DNA from: a virus
Lineage: Duplodnaviria; Heunggongvirae; Uroviricota; Caudoviricetes
Length of the DNA: 37,472 bases
Strand: one strand, 5' to 3'
Virus record (IMG/VR): IMGVR_UViG_2561511241_000010
Positions 26,412 through 35,161 of this stretch are shown in pieces (the first letter of the stretch is position 1; every line of letters starts with the position of its first letter). The notes beneath the pieces were generated by a model that searched no databases, was not told the DNA's origin, and saw only the letters and a list, made by a program, of their open reading frames with translations. Both the position numbers and the translations under genes were made by a program.

Positions 26412-27041
26412 TCACACCAGCACAGATTTCGCCAGGTTAAACAGCGCGCGGCGTTTATCCAGACCGTTACGGCCGCCATTGATAAGCAGCGTGACGCGCT
26501 CCACATCACCTGAATGGAGCAGGCATCCGTGAGAGACGTAGAACCATGCGGCGGAGCGCGCAGCGTATTCATCTCGTTCCAGTAGTTCGGGATAAGAAAC
26601 CAGATCCAGTTTGAGCGCCTGGCCGCAGCTGTGATAGTTGCTAAGCCCGGTGATTTGCTTAAGGCCTCGCCCGCGATATTTCCAGCCATCGCCAGCAACC
26701 TGGTTGCCCAGGTTCTTTTTGCCCCACTCACCGCCATAAACCAGATTGGCTATCGCTTTCTGATTTGCTGGTTGCGTTGCCGTTCTGCCGAGCGCGGCGG
26801 CCTGCTGTGCAGTAATGCGATGCTTGCCGAACGTAGGTACCAGGTTTTCTGCCGCATAGTTCAGGTTTTCCACCAGCCGGGTGAAACCGCCGGACTCATG
26901 GCCCATCTGCGCGATAAACATGACCTGATCGAGCGGCGCGGTTATGCCGAATTCCTTCATTGCAGCATCGATATAGTGAAACCAGCGCACGGCTAGACTG
27001 GCGCTTATACCTGCCGCCTTTTGAAATTGTGTTTGGTCCAT
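26412..27041 (-). CDS. Endolysin, GH19 (chitinase class I-like) lysozyme
   Basis: 209 aa; region FIAQMGHESGGF...YGGEWGKK...GRGLKQITG matches the GH19 endolysin pattern. Confidence 0.8.
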   Translation of the reverse strand: MDQTQFQKAAGISASLAVRWFHYIDAAMKEFGITAPLDQVMFIAQMGHESGGFTRLVENLNYAAENLVPTFGKHRITAQQAAALGRTATQPANQKAIANLVYGGEWGKKNLGNQVAGDGWKYRGRGLKQITGLSNYHSCGQALKLDLVSYPELLERDEYAARSAAWFYVSHGCLLHSGDVERVTLLINGGRNGLDKRRALFNLAKSVLV

Positions 27042-27322
27042 TAGTGCCTCAGATGATCAACCAGGCGCGCCACGTTGCCTTTAACGGCCACCAGCACGGA
27101 AAGAAAGATGATATTGGCCCCGATGGAGGACCAGGAAGAATGAGGATAAATCCCGCACAGGTACGCAAGCGGTACCGCGCTGTAAGTGACGGTAATCAGC
27201 CATGCCAACCGGGAAACCCACGGGCGATGGCGGGAGTCACCCCGGCGATAAAACATCAGAGTAACCACCACTCCGGCACAGATCAGAGCGTTTAATGTTG
27301 CAGTTGGGTCATTTAGTACCAC
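27041..27322 (-). CDS. Holin/antiholin-like membrane protein
   Basis: 93 aa with about three hydrophobic segments; overlap-coupled between holin and endolysin. Confidence 0.5.
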   Translation of the reverse strand: MVLNDPTATLNALICAGVVVTLMFYRRGDSRHRPWVSRLAWLITVTYSAVPLAYLCGIYPHSSWSSIGANIIFLSVLVAVKGNVARLVDHLRH

Positions 27323-27695
27323 CTGAACCTCCCCGGCGCGTTATCAGCGCCACCAGCGAGCCAACATCCTGGTTATTCAGGAACGTCAGGATTTTGACGG
27401 CTAATGCAGAAATGATTACGGCACCGATGGCGTCCAGAGGTTTATCACTGTAACCGGTCCAGGCAGATAACTTTGAGCCTACCAACCCGGAGCATAAGAT
27501 CCCGGCGATATACGACACTATGAAATATGCCAGCCGGCGGGTTGCACTCAGATCAGCTGCTGTGGCGATGTAGAATACGGCACCTGCAAATGCGCCAAAT
27601 ACCACACCATAATCGGTGCCTGTAAGCAGGCCATAGATACTGGCACCCGTCAGAGCGCCACCGGCTAAGCCAGTGCCGGAAATCGGATCGGACAT
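27309..27695 (-). CDS. Putative holin
   Basis: 128 aa, Gly/Ala-rich hydrophobic segments; first gene of the lysis block. Confidence 0.55.
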   Translation of the reverse strand: MSDPISGTGLAGGALTGASIYGLLTGTDYGVVFGAFAGAVFYIATAADLSATRRLAYFIVSYIAGILCSGLVGSKLSAWTGYSDKPLDAIGAVIISALAVKILTFLNNQDVGSLVALITRRGGSGGTK

Positions 27696-27803
27696 CGGTC
27701 CCCCTCAATGCTGTGAATCCTCTCAATATGAGGGGAAAGAAGGCCGCTAGGCGGCGTTATTGTCACTCTGTCAAAGGCCATCGTAATGACCTTTTGCACA
27801 GTG

Positions 27804-27959
27804 TTATTTACTGGATTTAATCAGAGGCCAGAGCAGCGCAATCACTCCAGCCACCAGCACACCATCAGCAAGGATGGACATCATTTTGCTGGTGAAGTCG
27901 ATGGCAACCACCAGGAACAACAAAACCCCGGCGGCCGCCCAGCGCAGTTTTCCGATCAC
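27804..27959 (-). CDS. Possible small membrane peptide (GTG start)
   Basis: 51 codons from a GTG overlapping the TerB-like stop (GTGA); two hydrophobic stretches; not in the supplied ORF table. Confidence 0.2.
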   Translation of the reverse strand: MIGKLRWAAAGVLLFLVVAIDFTSKMMSILADGVLVAGVIALLWPLIKSSK

Positions 27960-28381
27960 AGGTACTGATCCAGTGGAAGCTGCAGCGCCTGAGCGATTTT
28001 CTTCAGCTGTTTCTCTTCTTCTTCACCGATCCCGTCGTTGTCAGCAACATCGAGACACAGGCACAGAACGTCAACAGCATCATTTGTACCGGCAACGTCA
28101 GCCAGCTCGCGCAGCGCCTGAGCATTAGCGGAGCGCGGCGAGGCTTCGTAGCGCGCGCGAATGTTGCTGCTCATCTGCGCAATTTCTCCGGCGAATGGTG
28201 CGAAGGCAGGCAGTGCCGAAATGGTTTTTTCCAGCGTGGCGATTTCTTTCGCATCGCAGGTACCATCGGCATACGCAATGGAGTAAGCGCCCCATACAGT
28301 CGCCTCAACCGCATCGCGGTTTTCCATTTTCTTAACTTCAGTAACGGCTTTACGAGCTTTCTTTTTGAAGATACCGAACAT
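27956..28381 (-). CDS. TerB-like (tellurite-resistance TerB family) protein
   Basis: 141 aa; helical pattern with acidic C-terminus (DNDGIGEEEEKQLKKIAQAL) resembling TerB-domain proteins. Confidence 0.45.
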   Translation of the reverse strand: MFGIFKKKARKAVTEVKKMENRDAVEATVWGAYSIAYADGTCDAKEIATLEKTISALPAFAPFAGEIAQMSSNIRARYEASPRSANAQALRELADVAGTNDAVDVLCLCLDVADNDGIGEEEEKQLKKIAQALQLPLDQYL

Positions 28382-28521
28382 AGTGACTTTCCTTTTAGCG
28401 GGTGAGCCAGCGCTCAGGAATGATCAGCCCACAGAGACAGTCACACCGACCGTTCCCTATGGCTCACCCCTGAAAGGCTCTGTGGTTGGATTGCGCCGAG
28501 CGTGGCGCGAAGAATTACAGG

Positions 28522-28550
28522 CATAAAAAAACCCGCGCTGAGGCGGGTTT
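28522..28550 (-). terminator. tR'-like rho-independent terminator downstream of the Q-like gene
   Basis: Minus strand AAACCCGCC-TCAGC-GCGGGTTT followed by TTTTTTAT, about 90 nt after the Q-like stop. Confidence 0.55.
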
Positions 28551-28636
28551 GATGTCGTGTAGGCGTAATATCCCACGATGGAAAGCATACAGGACAGTTT
28601 TATGCAAAGTCAACACTAACGTGCAAAAAAGTGTCG

Positions 28637-29437
28637 CTATTTGCTCCGATCATATAAATAAGTTGTCGCCTTCTCAAATTCCACTGCTGCGTGAAGCTCC
28701 CCCTGGCGCAGAGTGTCCACCAGCATTTCATAGAAGGGTTTCCAGTTGCGTGACCATGAGGACTGATGGAGGTCAGGGAGACGCTTCAGAATGGCGCGGT
28801 GTACCGTAGCCGAGGAGATAGCAGAGAAGCCATTACCAGAGCAACGTTCACACGTTTTGAAAACCGGTGCGCCGCGGTCTTTGGTCGCTTTGCGGTCCAA
28901 CACTTCGCCTTTACCGCCACACCTGCACCGGGCAAGGATCACTTTCTTTCCTCCGCATGTTCCGCAAACCCTATTCACCAGCTCATTTTTAATCTTCGGG
29001 GCCACAACTTCGGCACCGTCGGCGTCGAAAATACCAGGATGTTTAACCACATCCTCATTCCCGGAGATAAACCCGGTACCGCTGCAACTGTGACATGTCA
29101 CGCTGGTAGCCGCCGAACGGGAGTAATCAGCAAAGGCAAATTGTGCCAGCATCTGCATACACCATCCGAACTGCCCACCAGCTGCTTTGCGCACATTCTT
29201 CGGTGCGACATCCATCGCATATCGCGCCAGCGCCTGAACTGCGAGCTGTTCATCCGTTTTGCTGATTCCCGCTTTACCGAAGAACGCCGCCAGGCCGAAG
29301 CGCGCACGGCTGCTAGTGGTGCCAATTGCCGCCATTACATCTGTTCCTGTAAGGCGGTCCGGAGAGGTTCCTTTCACGTCGTCGCTGATGTGCATTCCTT
29401 GTGGACTAAAATGTTTGAGCGATGATTCCAGTTTCAT
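28637..29437 (-). CDS. Q-like late antitermination protein (zinc-finger)
   Basis: 266 aa with several CxxC pairs (CHSCSGTG, CGTCGG, CRCGG, CERCSG); located between replication genes and the lysis cassette, followed by a terminator. Confidence 0.5.
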   Translation of the reverse strand: MKLESSLKHFSPQGMHISDDVKGTSPDRLTGTDVMAAIGTTSSRARFGLAAFFGKAGISKTDEQLAVQALARYAMDVAPKNVRKAAGGQFGWCMQMLAQFAFADYSRSAATSVTCHSCSGTGFISGNEDVVKHPGIFDADGAEVVAPKIKNELVNRVCGTCGGKKVILARCRCGGKGEVLDRKATKDRGAPVFKTCERCSGNGFSAISSATVHRAILKRLPDLHQSSWSRNWKPFYEMLVDTLRQGELHAAVEFEKATTYLYDRSK

Positions 29438-30405
29438 GCGGCCACCTGCTGTTTTTTATAGAAAACCAGCTCACGAACCTGATCGCCGTTCATGAGCATA
29501 TTGTTGAAATCATCGTGATCCGGCCAGTACACGCTCACGCGCTGCAGGTCATTTTTAGCCATCAGATTTGCGTGAGCGCATTCGCAGGCAGCAGCTAAAC
29601 CCGTAGCGCTTGTCTCGTCGCGGTCGGCAAAAATAATCAGATGCTTAACGCCTGCCGGGACCCGGAATTTCTTCATAAAATTGGCGGTCATAGTCGCCCA
29701 GGTATTCACTTTGTAAATCTGATGTGCAGACAGCGCAGTTTCGATACCTTCAGCGATGCCAAGTGTGCTGGCGACCGGGAACATACGGATAGCGACCGAA
29801 CGAGCGTGATCAAGATAGTTATCTTCCTGCAGCGATTTCTGCCGCTTGGCGCTGGCCCCGATGTCAGCTTTCTTTGCACCATCCAATAACGTCTGATGGA
29901 GGTAACACAGCTCCCCTTTATCGTCTGTTGCCAGTGAATAAATAGACTGGTATACCCGTCCGTTATGCCGTTGCTTGGGGTTGAGTCGCACGGCCTCAGC
30001 CGGAAGCTGATAAATACCGCGTGAATTCAGGTATTCAGCGCCGGATGTACCGCGCAGAGGAGACATTTTTGCAAAGTTGTTGAGTACCTTTCTCCGCAGC
30101 TTGGAGGCGTCGCTAGTCTCGGGAACTTTGTCACGTCTGAACGTATTGCCGATCAGTGCATCGATTTCGCGGCAAACCTCGTTGAATGGTTTGCCCTGGG
30201 TTTCGGTAACCAGCTTAAGCCCGTCACCGCTGCCACAGGTGCAGATCCATGTTCCCGCGCCGTCGCGGTTATCGATGCGGAACTTTCCAATCGAATCACA
30301 CAGCGGGCACTTCCCCTTAAAGTGATTTTTACCGGTGATCGGCGGCAGTCCGTAATGCTCAAAAATCATGGCCCAATGGCCTTTTGCTGCTTCTACCGTT
30401 TTCAT
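29434..30405 (-). CDS. DNA primase (zinc-ribbon plus Toprim)
   Basis: N-terminal CPLC...WICTCGSG zinc ribbon; Toprim-like IAEGIETALS...IIFADRDE. Confidence 0.75.
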   Translation of the reverse strand: MKTVEAAKGHWAMIFEHYGLPPITGKNHFKGKCPLCDSIGKFRIDNRDGAGTWICTCGSGDGLKLVTETQGKPFNEVCREIDALIGNTFRRDKVPETSDASKLRRKVLNNFAKMSPLRGTSGAEYLNSRGIYQLPAEAVRLNPKQRHNGRVYQSIYSLATDDKGELCYLHQTLLDGAKKADIGASAKRQKSLQEDNYLDHARSVAIRMFPVASTLGIAEGIETALSAHQIYKVNTWATMTANFMKKFRVPAGVKHLIIFADRDETSATGLAAACECAHANLMAKNDLQRVSVYWPDHDDFNNMLMNGDQVRELVFYKKQQVAA

Positions 30406-32021
30406 GCTCGTTTTCCTAACTGCTGTCTGATATCACTGACGCGATTAAGCGCCTGCTGAATTCTTTCCTGGGTAGGCAGCTCTTCTACCTGTGCCTGCTG
30501 GCGCTGCTCTTTTTCGATTCGTCTAGCGAAGCTGATCCGCTTGTGCGTAATGAAGTTTGAAACTGTTGGCGTGATGTCCATCGGGTAATCGCTCAGTCCG
30601 TTCGGCCATTCGCCAAAACGTTCGCGGAAGGTGTGAGCACACCAGGCATCGCTGACAGGCTTTTTCCCCAGCGATACGCGCTGGCGCTGATAGAATTTGA
30701 TCTGACTCCACCAGGCTTGTTTCTCTGCCTTCGTCGGCTGGCGCTGCTCGCCCCCAAGTTTTTTGAGTTTTCGCCCGGTGTCGGTATCAATGTCCTCACC
30801 GGCAAGCGGCTTGTGGCCACATTTAGGGCAGACATAGACGCCAGCAGGCTTCATGAAGTGGCATTGCGAGCATTCGTGAGGCAGCTTTTCTGCTCGTTCC
30901 TCAGCTGCGCGGCGCGCGCCCTCCTCCATCCCGTCTGATTTACCCGGAAGATCGTCATATTCGATAGAGTCCGGATAACCTAGGCGGTGCACGGTTCCGC
31001 TGTGATCGAAGATGAGGCAGGACTCTTTACCCGGAGCGGTGCGCAAGCCACGCCCGAGCGCCTGCAGCCAGCGAATTTCGCTCTTAGTTGGCCTGGCGTA
31101 GATGATGCAGCGAACATCGCTGTCGAAACCGGCAACCAGCACCCCTACACTGACGATGATTTTTGTGGCGCCAGTTTCGAAGCGGTGAATGATGGTTTGG
31201 CGTTCTTCCGCAGGCGTATCTGCAGTCATAACCTCTGCATTTACGCCAGCTTGGTTAAACTGAATAGTCAGAAAATTAGCGTGGTCTACGTTGACGCAGA
31301 ACGCGATTGTCGGCAGGTCCCGGCCGTTCTCCAGCCAGTTTTGGACGATATCGCCCACCAGCGTTGAACCGCACATGATCTCCGCCAGCTGCGCCTCGTT
31401 GTAGTCGGTACCGTACTGCAGGGACGGAGAGGTTTTAACCCCTTTCAGATCCGGCTTTGTGGGCGCGTAAAATTCGTATTTGCTCAGGTCGCCGCGCTGG
31501 ATCAGCTCGCCGATGGTGGTTGGCTTAATCAGTCGATCATAGTATTTTCCCAGGAACGGGGAAAACGGTGTCCCCGACAGGCCGATCACTTTCACGCCTT
31601 TTTCGCGCAGGCGTTCGATATCCTGCAGGATGCGTTTTTTCCGCAGGTGAGCTTCGTCGATAATCAGCAGATCGATATTGTCAGGAAACACGCGACGAAT
31701 AAGCGTATCGGCGCTGGCAATTTGTATTTTGAGGGAAGGATCATAGTTTGGGTGATCCGCCCATACATAGCCGATTTCATCACCCGGCAACCCATACTCC
31801 ACAAAACGGTTTGCTGTTTGGGTTATGAGGATCTGGTAAGGCGCGCAAAACATTACACGCATGCCACGACTAACGAACCCAGCAACGATGAAGGCGGCCA
31901 GTCCTGTTTTACCGCTGCCCGTCGGCGAGTACACCATGAAGGTTTCTGTATCCTTCCAGTTACGGCGCAGCTGGTTAAGTGCTCGTTCCTGTGCAAAATT
32001 CGGTGTGATCGTCAGCTGCAT
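30402..32021 (-). CDS. Superfamily 2 DEAD/DEAH-box helicase
   Basis: Walker A SPTGSGKT, DEAH box (LIIDEAH), C-terminal CSQCH...CPKCGH zinc-finger-like motif. Confidence 0.85.
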   Translation of the reverse strand: MQLTITPNFAQERALNQLRRNWKDTETFMVYSPTGSGKTGLAAFIVAGFVSRGMRVMFCAPYQILITQTANRFVEYGLPGDEIGYVWADHPNYDPSLKIQIASADTLIRRVFPDNIDLLIIDEAHLRKKRILQDIERLREKGVKVIGLSGTPFSPFLGKYYDRLIKPTTIGELIQRGDLSKYEFYAPTKPDLKGVKTSPSLQYGTDYNEAQLAEIMCGSTLVGDIVQNWLENGRDLPTIAFCVNVDHANFLTIQFNQAGVNAEVMTADTPAEERQTIIHRFETGATKIIVSVGVLVAGFDSDVRCIIYARPTKSEIRWLQALGRGLRTAPGKESCLIFDHSGTVHRLGYPDSIEYDDLPGKSDGMEEGARRAAEERAEKLPHECSQCHFMKPAGVYVCPKCGHKPLAGEDIDTDTGRKLKKLGGEQRQPTKAEKQAWWSQIKFYQRQRVSLGKKPVSDAWCAHTFRERFGEWPNGLSDYPMDITPTVSNFITHKRISFARRIEKEQRQQAQVEELPTQERIQQALNRVSDIRQQLGKRA

Positions 32022-32449
32022 TGTGCGGACCCCGCGGTGATGAGATAATAATTCTGTGATGTGGTTTTCATGGATTCCCCCTCACATGGCTGGTGGCCTC
32101 CCCAAAGGCTGCCAGCCTCCCTTCTGATTCAGCTCCCCTGAAAAAATCACTCTTCCAGAAAGAACCCTTTTTGTTTCTCAGCGCCTGAGCGCCTTGTACT
32201 GGTTTGCTGATACGGGCGTTTTTTTAATTGCGCCCTTAAGACAGTGATCTACTTAACCAATGGATCTCTCCTGTTGGAAAAGACCCTGTTCCTACCCCTA
32301 CACCCAATCCCCCCTTACCCCCCTTTCCCTCTTCCCCATAAAAACGTACTACTTACCTAGTACGAACGGAGAATTGAGTCAGTGGGTTGCCAACCTGAAC
32401 AGGCACCTTTAAGCCTGTTTTTGTCCGGGTACCTTTAAACCCACAACAA

Positions 32450-32752
32450 TCAGGAACGCGGTGACGTTCCGGCCAGGGGAGGTTCGGCGGTATACCCCTG
32501 TAAAGCCCTGCCGTGATTTCTCACAAACAGGCGAAGCCGCATATTTGCTTCATGCCTTGCCCGGTTCTCCTTGCGGTATGAAACGGGCTCGGCTTCGAAC
32601 GATTCCTGATACACAGCTGCATAACGCTGAATGGCTTTTTGTCGTGCTGCTGGCGTCAGGCTCAGTAACTGCTGCTTGATCCATTCTTCATCTGCAGATG
32701 CGTAAACAGATGGGAGCAGACCGTGATCAGGCCTCATCCCGTGCAACGTCAT
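32450..32752 (-). CDS. Hypothetical protein in the cII-equivalent position
   Basis: Start chosen at Met 32752 (GAGG ribosome-binding site) rather than the table start, which would overlap cro; about 100 aa with a basic C-terminal part. Confidence 0.4.
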   Translation of the reverse strand: MTLHGMRPDHGLLPSVYASADEEWIKQQLLSLTPAARQKAIQRYAAVYQESFEAEPVSYRKENRARHEANMRLRLFVRNHGRALQGYTAEPPLAGTSPRS

Positions 32753-32948
32753 CTGAAAATACCTCGTCCAAACTTGTATCCAGGCCAAGCTGTTTAAACG
32801 CGCTGACGATCCGCTTTCCTACTGCAACATCAGGAATCCTTCTTCCTGTTTCGTAGTGGCTAACGGCCCCCTGAGAGCTATCAATCAGCGCGGCCAGCTC
32901 TCCCTGAGTTACCTTTGCTTTGCGTCTAAGGCTCTTGATTCCACTCAT
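32727..32948 (-). CDS. cro: Cro-like HTH (XRE-family) regulator
   Basis: Helix-turn-helix segment VTQGELAALIDSSQGAVSHYETG; divergent from cI across an operator region. Confidence 0.7.
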   Translation of the reverse strand: MSGIKSLRRKAKVTQGELAALIDSSQGAVSHYETGRRIPDVAVGKRIVSAFKQLGLDTSLDEVFSDDVARDEA

Positions 32949-33045
32949 TCGTTTAGTCCCGCATAAATAATACATAACGTACTATACACACTTACAAGAA
33001 TAATACAAAATGGAAGTTGCTCACTAAATACGGAATGTAATAATC
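32949..33045. promoter_or_regulatory. OR-like divergent promoter/operator region between cro and cI
   Basis: AT-rich 97 bp with motifs AATACATAACGTA (32969..32981) and AATACAAAATGGA (33002..33014), both recurring inverted near 33813..33850. Confidence 0.55.
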
Positions 33046-33714
33046 ATGGCTATGAAACAGAGATGGCAGGACCTGGCCAAAACCAGGATGAAAGAAGTCG
33101 GCATGACTCAAGAACAGCTGGCAGAAGCGCTCGGCATAACGCAGGGCGGGCTAGGCCATTGGTTAAATGCCAGACGTGAACCGAACCTAGAGGTTATAGC
33201 GAAGATTTTTAACATATTGAAAATGCCCGGCTTCGTAGTAAACGCTGACGGCACGGTCAGCGACTCAAGAGCCGATCACAATGTAAGTTTTAATAGCATT
33301 AACGAATCCAAAGGAAGTTACCCTGTTATAAGCTGGGTTAGCGCTGGAGACTGGATGGAAGCAGTAGAACCTTATCACCGTAGAGCGATAGATCGCTGGT
33401 ATGACACCACCGTTGAATGTTCAGAGGATTCGTTCTGGTTAGACGTCAGAGGCGATTCCATGACATCACCAGCAGGGCTGAGCATACCGGAAGGGATGGT
33501 GATACTTGTCGATCCCCAAGTGGAAGCAATCAACGGAAAATTGGTTGTAGCGAAACTTGACGGTGACAATGAAGCTACATTCAAAAAGCTTGTTATCGAT
33601 GCCGGTCAAAGATTTCTAAAACCCCTCAACCCCCAATACCCAATAATCCCAATCAATGGCAACTGCCGTATTATAGGGGTTGTGGTCGACGCAAAAATCA
33701 CCAACCTTCCGTAA
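33046..33714 (+). CDS. cI: CI-like repressor (HTH plus S24 LexA-like peptidase domain)
   Basis: N-terminal helix-turn-helix (MTQEQLAEALGITQGGLGHW); C-terminal GDSM serine motif and downstream lysine, as in LexA/CI autocleavage domains. Confidence 0.9.
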   Translation: MAMKQRWQDLAKTRMKEVGMTQEQLAEALGITQGGLGHWLNARREPNLEVIAKIFNILKMPGFVVNADGTVSDSRADHNVSFNSINESKGSYPVISWVSAGDWMEAVEPYHRRAIDRWYDTTVECSEDSFWLDVRGDSMTSPAGLSIPEGMVILVDPQVEAINGKLVVAKLDGDNEATFKKLVIDAGQRFLKPLNPQYPIIPINGNCRIIGVVVDAKITNLP

Positions 33715-33718
33715 ATTG

Positions 33719-33741
33719 GCCGCGAAAGCGGCTTTTTTTTT
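33719..33741 (+). terminator. Rho-independent terminator after cI
   Basis: GCCGC-GAAA-GCGGC followed by TTTTTTTTT. Confidence 0.65.
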
Positions 33742-33799
33742 GCCTTCAACACCCTCCATGCAACTAAAAAAACTTGAAAAACAAAACGATGTAAAATAA

Positions 33800-33850
33800 T
33801 ACACTCAAATACTCCATTTTGTATTGATCTTATTTAATACGTTATGTATT
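33800..33850. promoter_or_regulatory. OL-like operator/promoter region
   Basis: Contains inverted copies of the two OR motifs: TCCATTTTGTATT (33813..33825) and AATACGTTATGTATT (33836..33850). Confidence 0.45.
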
Positions 33851-33884
33851 GTTTATGCATTGGCGGATTAATGGAGTGCAAAAG

Positions 33885-34199
33885 ATGAGTACAGAGAAAT
33901 TTTTTCAACTTGTAGATATTCCCGATTACCGTTTCTCTTCTGATAAAGAGAAATGTCAAAACATTGATTTCGATAAAATTGCTACTGACTGCGATACGAA
34001 AACAACCTCTATTTTAGAAGCCATCAATCATATAGGGATTAGCATAATGAGTGAGGTTGAAGAAAAGAACTTAGATAAAAACAAAATAATGATGCTTTCT
34101 GGTGTGATTGCAGACCTCGCAGAATTAGCAATGGCTACCAATAAAATAGCTAACTCAGCAACATATTCCTCCGGTTATAAGGACGCAAAAAATGTCTGA
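33885..34199 (+). CDS. Hypothetical protein, AT-rich early-left gene
   Basis: Start at ATG 33885 (GGAG 8 nt upstream) preferred over 33849; about 104 aa; low GC. Confidence 0.4.
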   Translation: MSTEKFFQLVDIPDYRFSSDKEKCQNIDFDKIATDCDTKTTSILEAINHIGISIMSEVEEKNLDKNKIMMLSGVIADLAELAMATNKIANSATYSSGYKDAKNV

Positions 34200-34380
34200 T
34201 ATCACTTTGCAAAAAGCGGCATCAAAGGCTTACCAGGCTGAGATTGTTGCGAGGATGCTTGAGAACTACCCTCATAAACTGACCGACTCAGATGTGGAAT
34301 CCGTCGCATCACTTTTGGCGGATCTCATTGGCCCGGTTGCGGCTTACCTTATTGAGCAAGAGTCTAAAAACCCGGCTTAA
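34192..34380 (+). CDS. Hypothetical small protein
   Basis: 62-aa ORF overlapping the previous stop (ATGTCTGA coupling). Confidence 0.4.
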   Translation: MSDITLQKAASKAYQAEIVARMLENYPHKLTDSDVESVASLLADLIGPVAAYLIEQESKNPA

Positions 34381-34548
34381 AAATTAATTAGTCATTTTAA
34401 TTACAGGAATAATCCTGGGGATTCCTGCAATCAAATTAAGGGTAACCATGATTAATCGACAAGCGTTTAAAACAGCTCAGTTATTTGTCTCATTCGGTTA
34501 TTGGTCTATAGCCATGCTTTATTTAAAAAAGGCTTACGGTAAATAAAA

Positions 34549-34914
34549 ATGAATAATTTAACTAATACCTATCGACGCAGAATTTTAAAGGCTGCGTTAT
34601 TACGCCACCAGCGTAAAACGGGCAGTAACTGCCTTGTTATTAAGCTCAATAAAGGCGGTATTAACACGGTCGAGTTAACAGAGATTCTTCTCGATGGATT
34701 ATTACGAAAATTCGAAAGGCTCGCGATCAGTGAGTACGGGAATGTCGAAGGCGTAAAAGCTATCAAGGGAATTTACAGCAGCGCTGTTGATGTTAATGGC
34801 AGCGGTGAATTCCTCACAGATAGCGGAAAGGAATTAATCGACGAACTCATTTCAGAGCTGGTGGAGTTCGTAAAAAAGCAGAAACCAGTTAATTCGGAGA
34901 TCGGCAATGGCTAA
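34549..34914 (+). CDS. Hypothetical protein with arginine-rich N-terminus
   Basis: 121 aa; N-terminus YRRRILKAALLRHQRKTG is strongly basic. Confidence 0.4.
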   Translation: MNNLTNTYRRRILKAALLRHQRKTGSNCLVIKLNKGGINTVELTEILLDGLLRKFERLAISEYGNVEGVKAIKGIYSSAVDVNGSGEFLTDSGKELIDELISELVEFVKKQKPVNSEIGNG

Positions 34915-35161
34915 CCAACAAACAATTCCCTATCAGGGTGTTCTGATCCCCCGGCCCGTGCTGAACGTGGATCTGCATGTCCTCCCGGATTTTACCGGGC
35001 GGGTAGTCCTGCACATCGAGAACGGGAGGGTGATATGCGACCGCCGGCTGTTCGACGACGAGCACATTTGCTCACTAGCCACGTTTATCGAAATGGCGCG
35101 CGAAATGGAGCTGAGATTTGAGGAGGTAGCTGGTGGCACTGACAGCGATACGAATTCCTGA
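34907..35161 (+). CDS. Hypothetical protein
   Basis: 84-aa ORF overlap-coupled on both sides. Confidence 0.4.
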   Translation: MANQQTIPYQGVLIPRPVLNVDLHVLPDFTGRVVLHIENGRVICDRRLFDDEHICSLATFIEMAREMELRFEEVAGGTDSDTNS

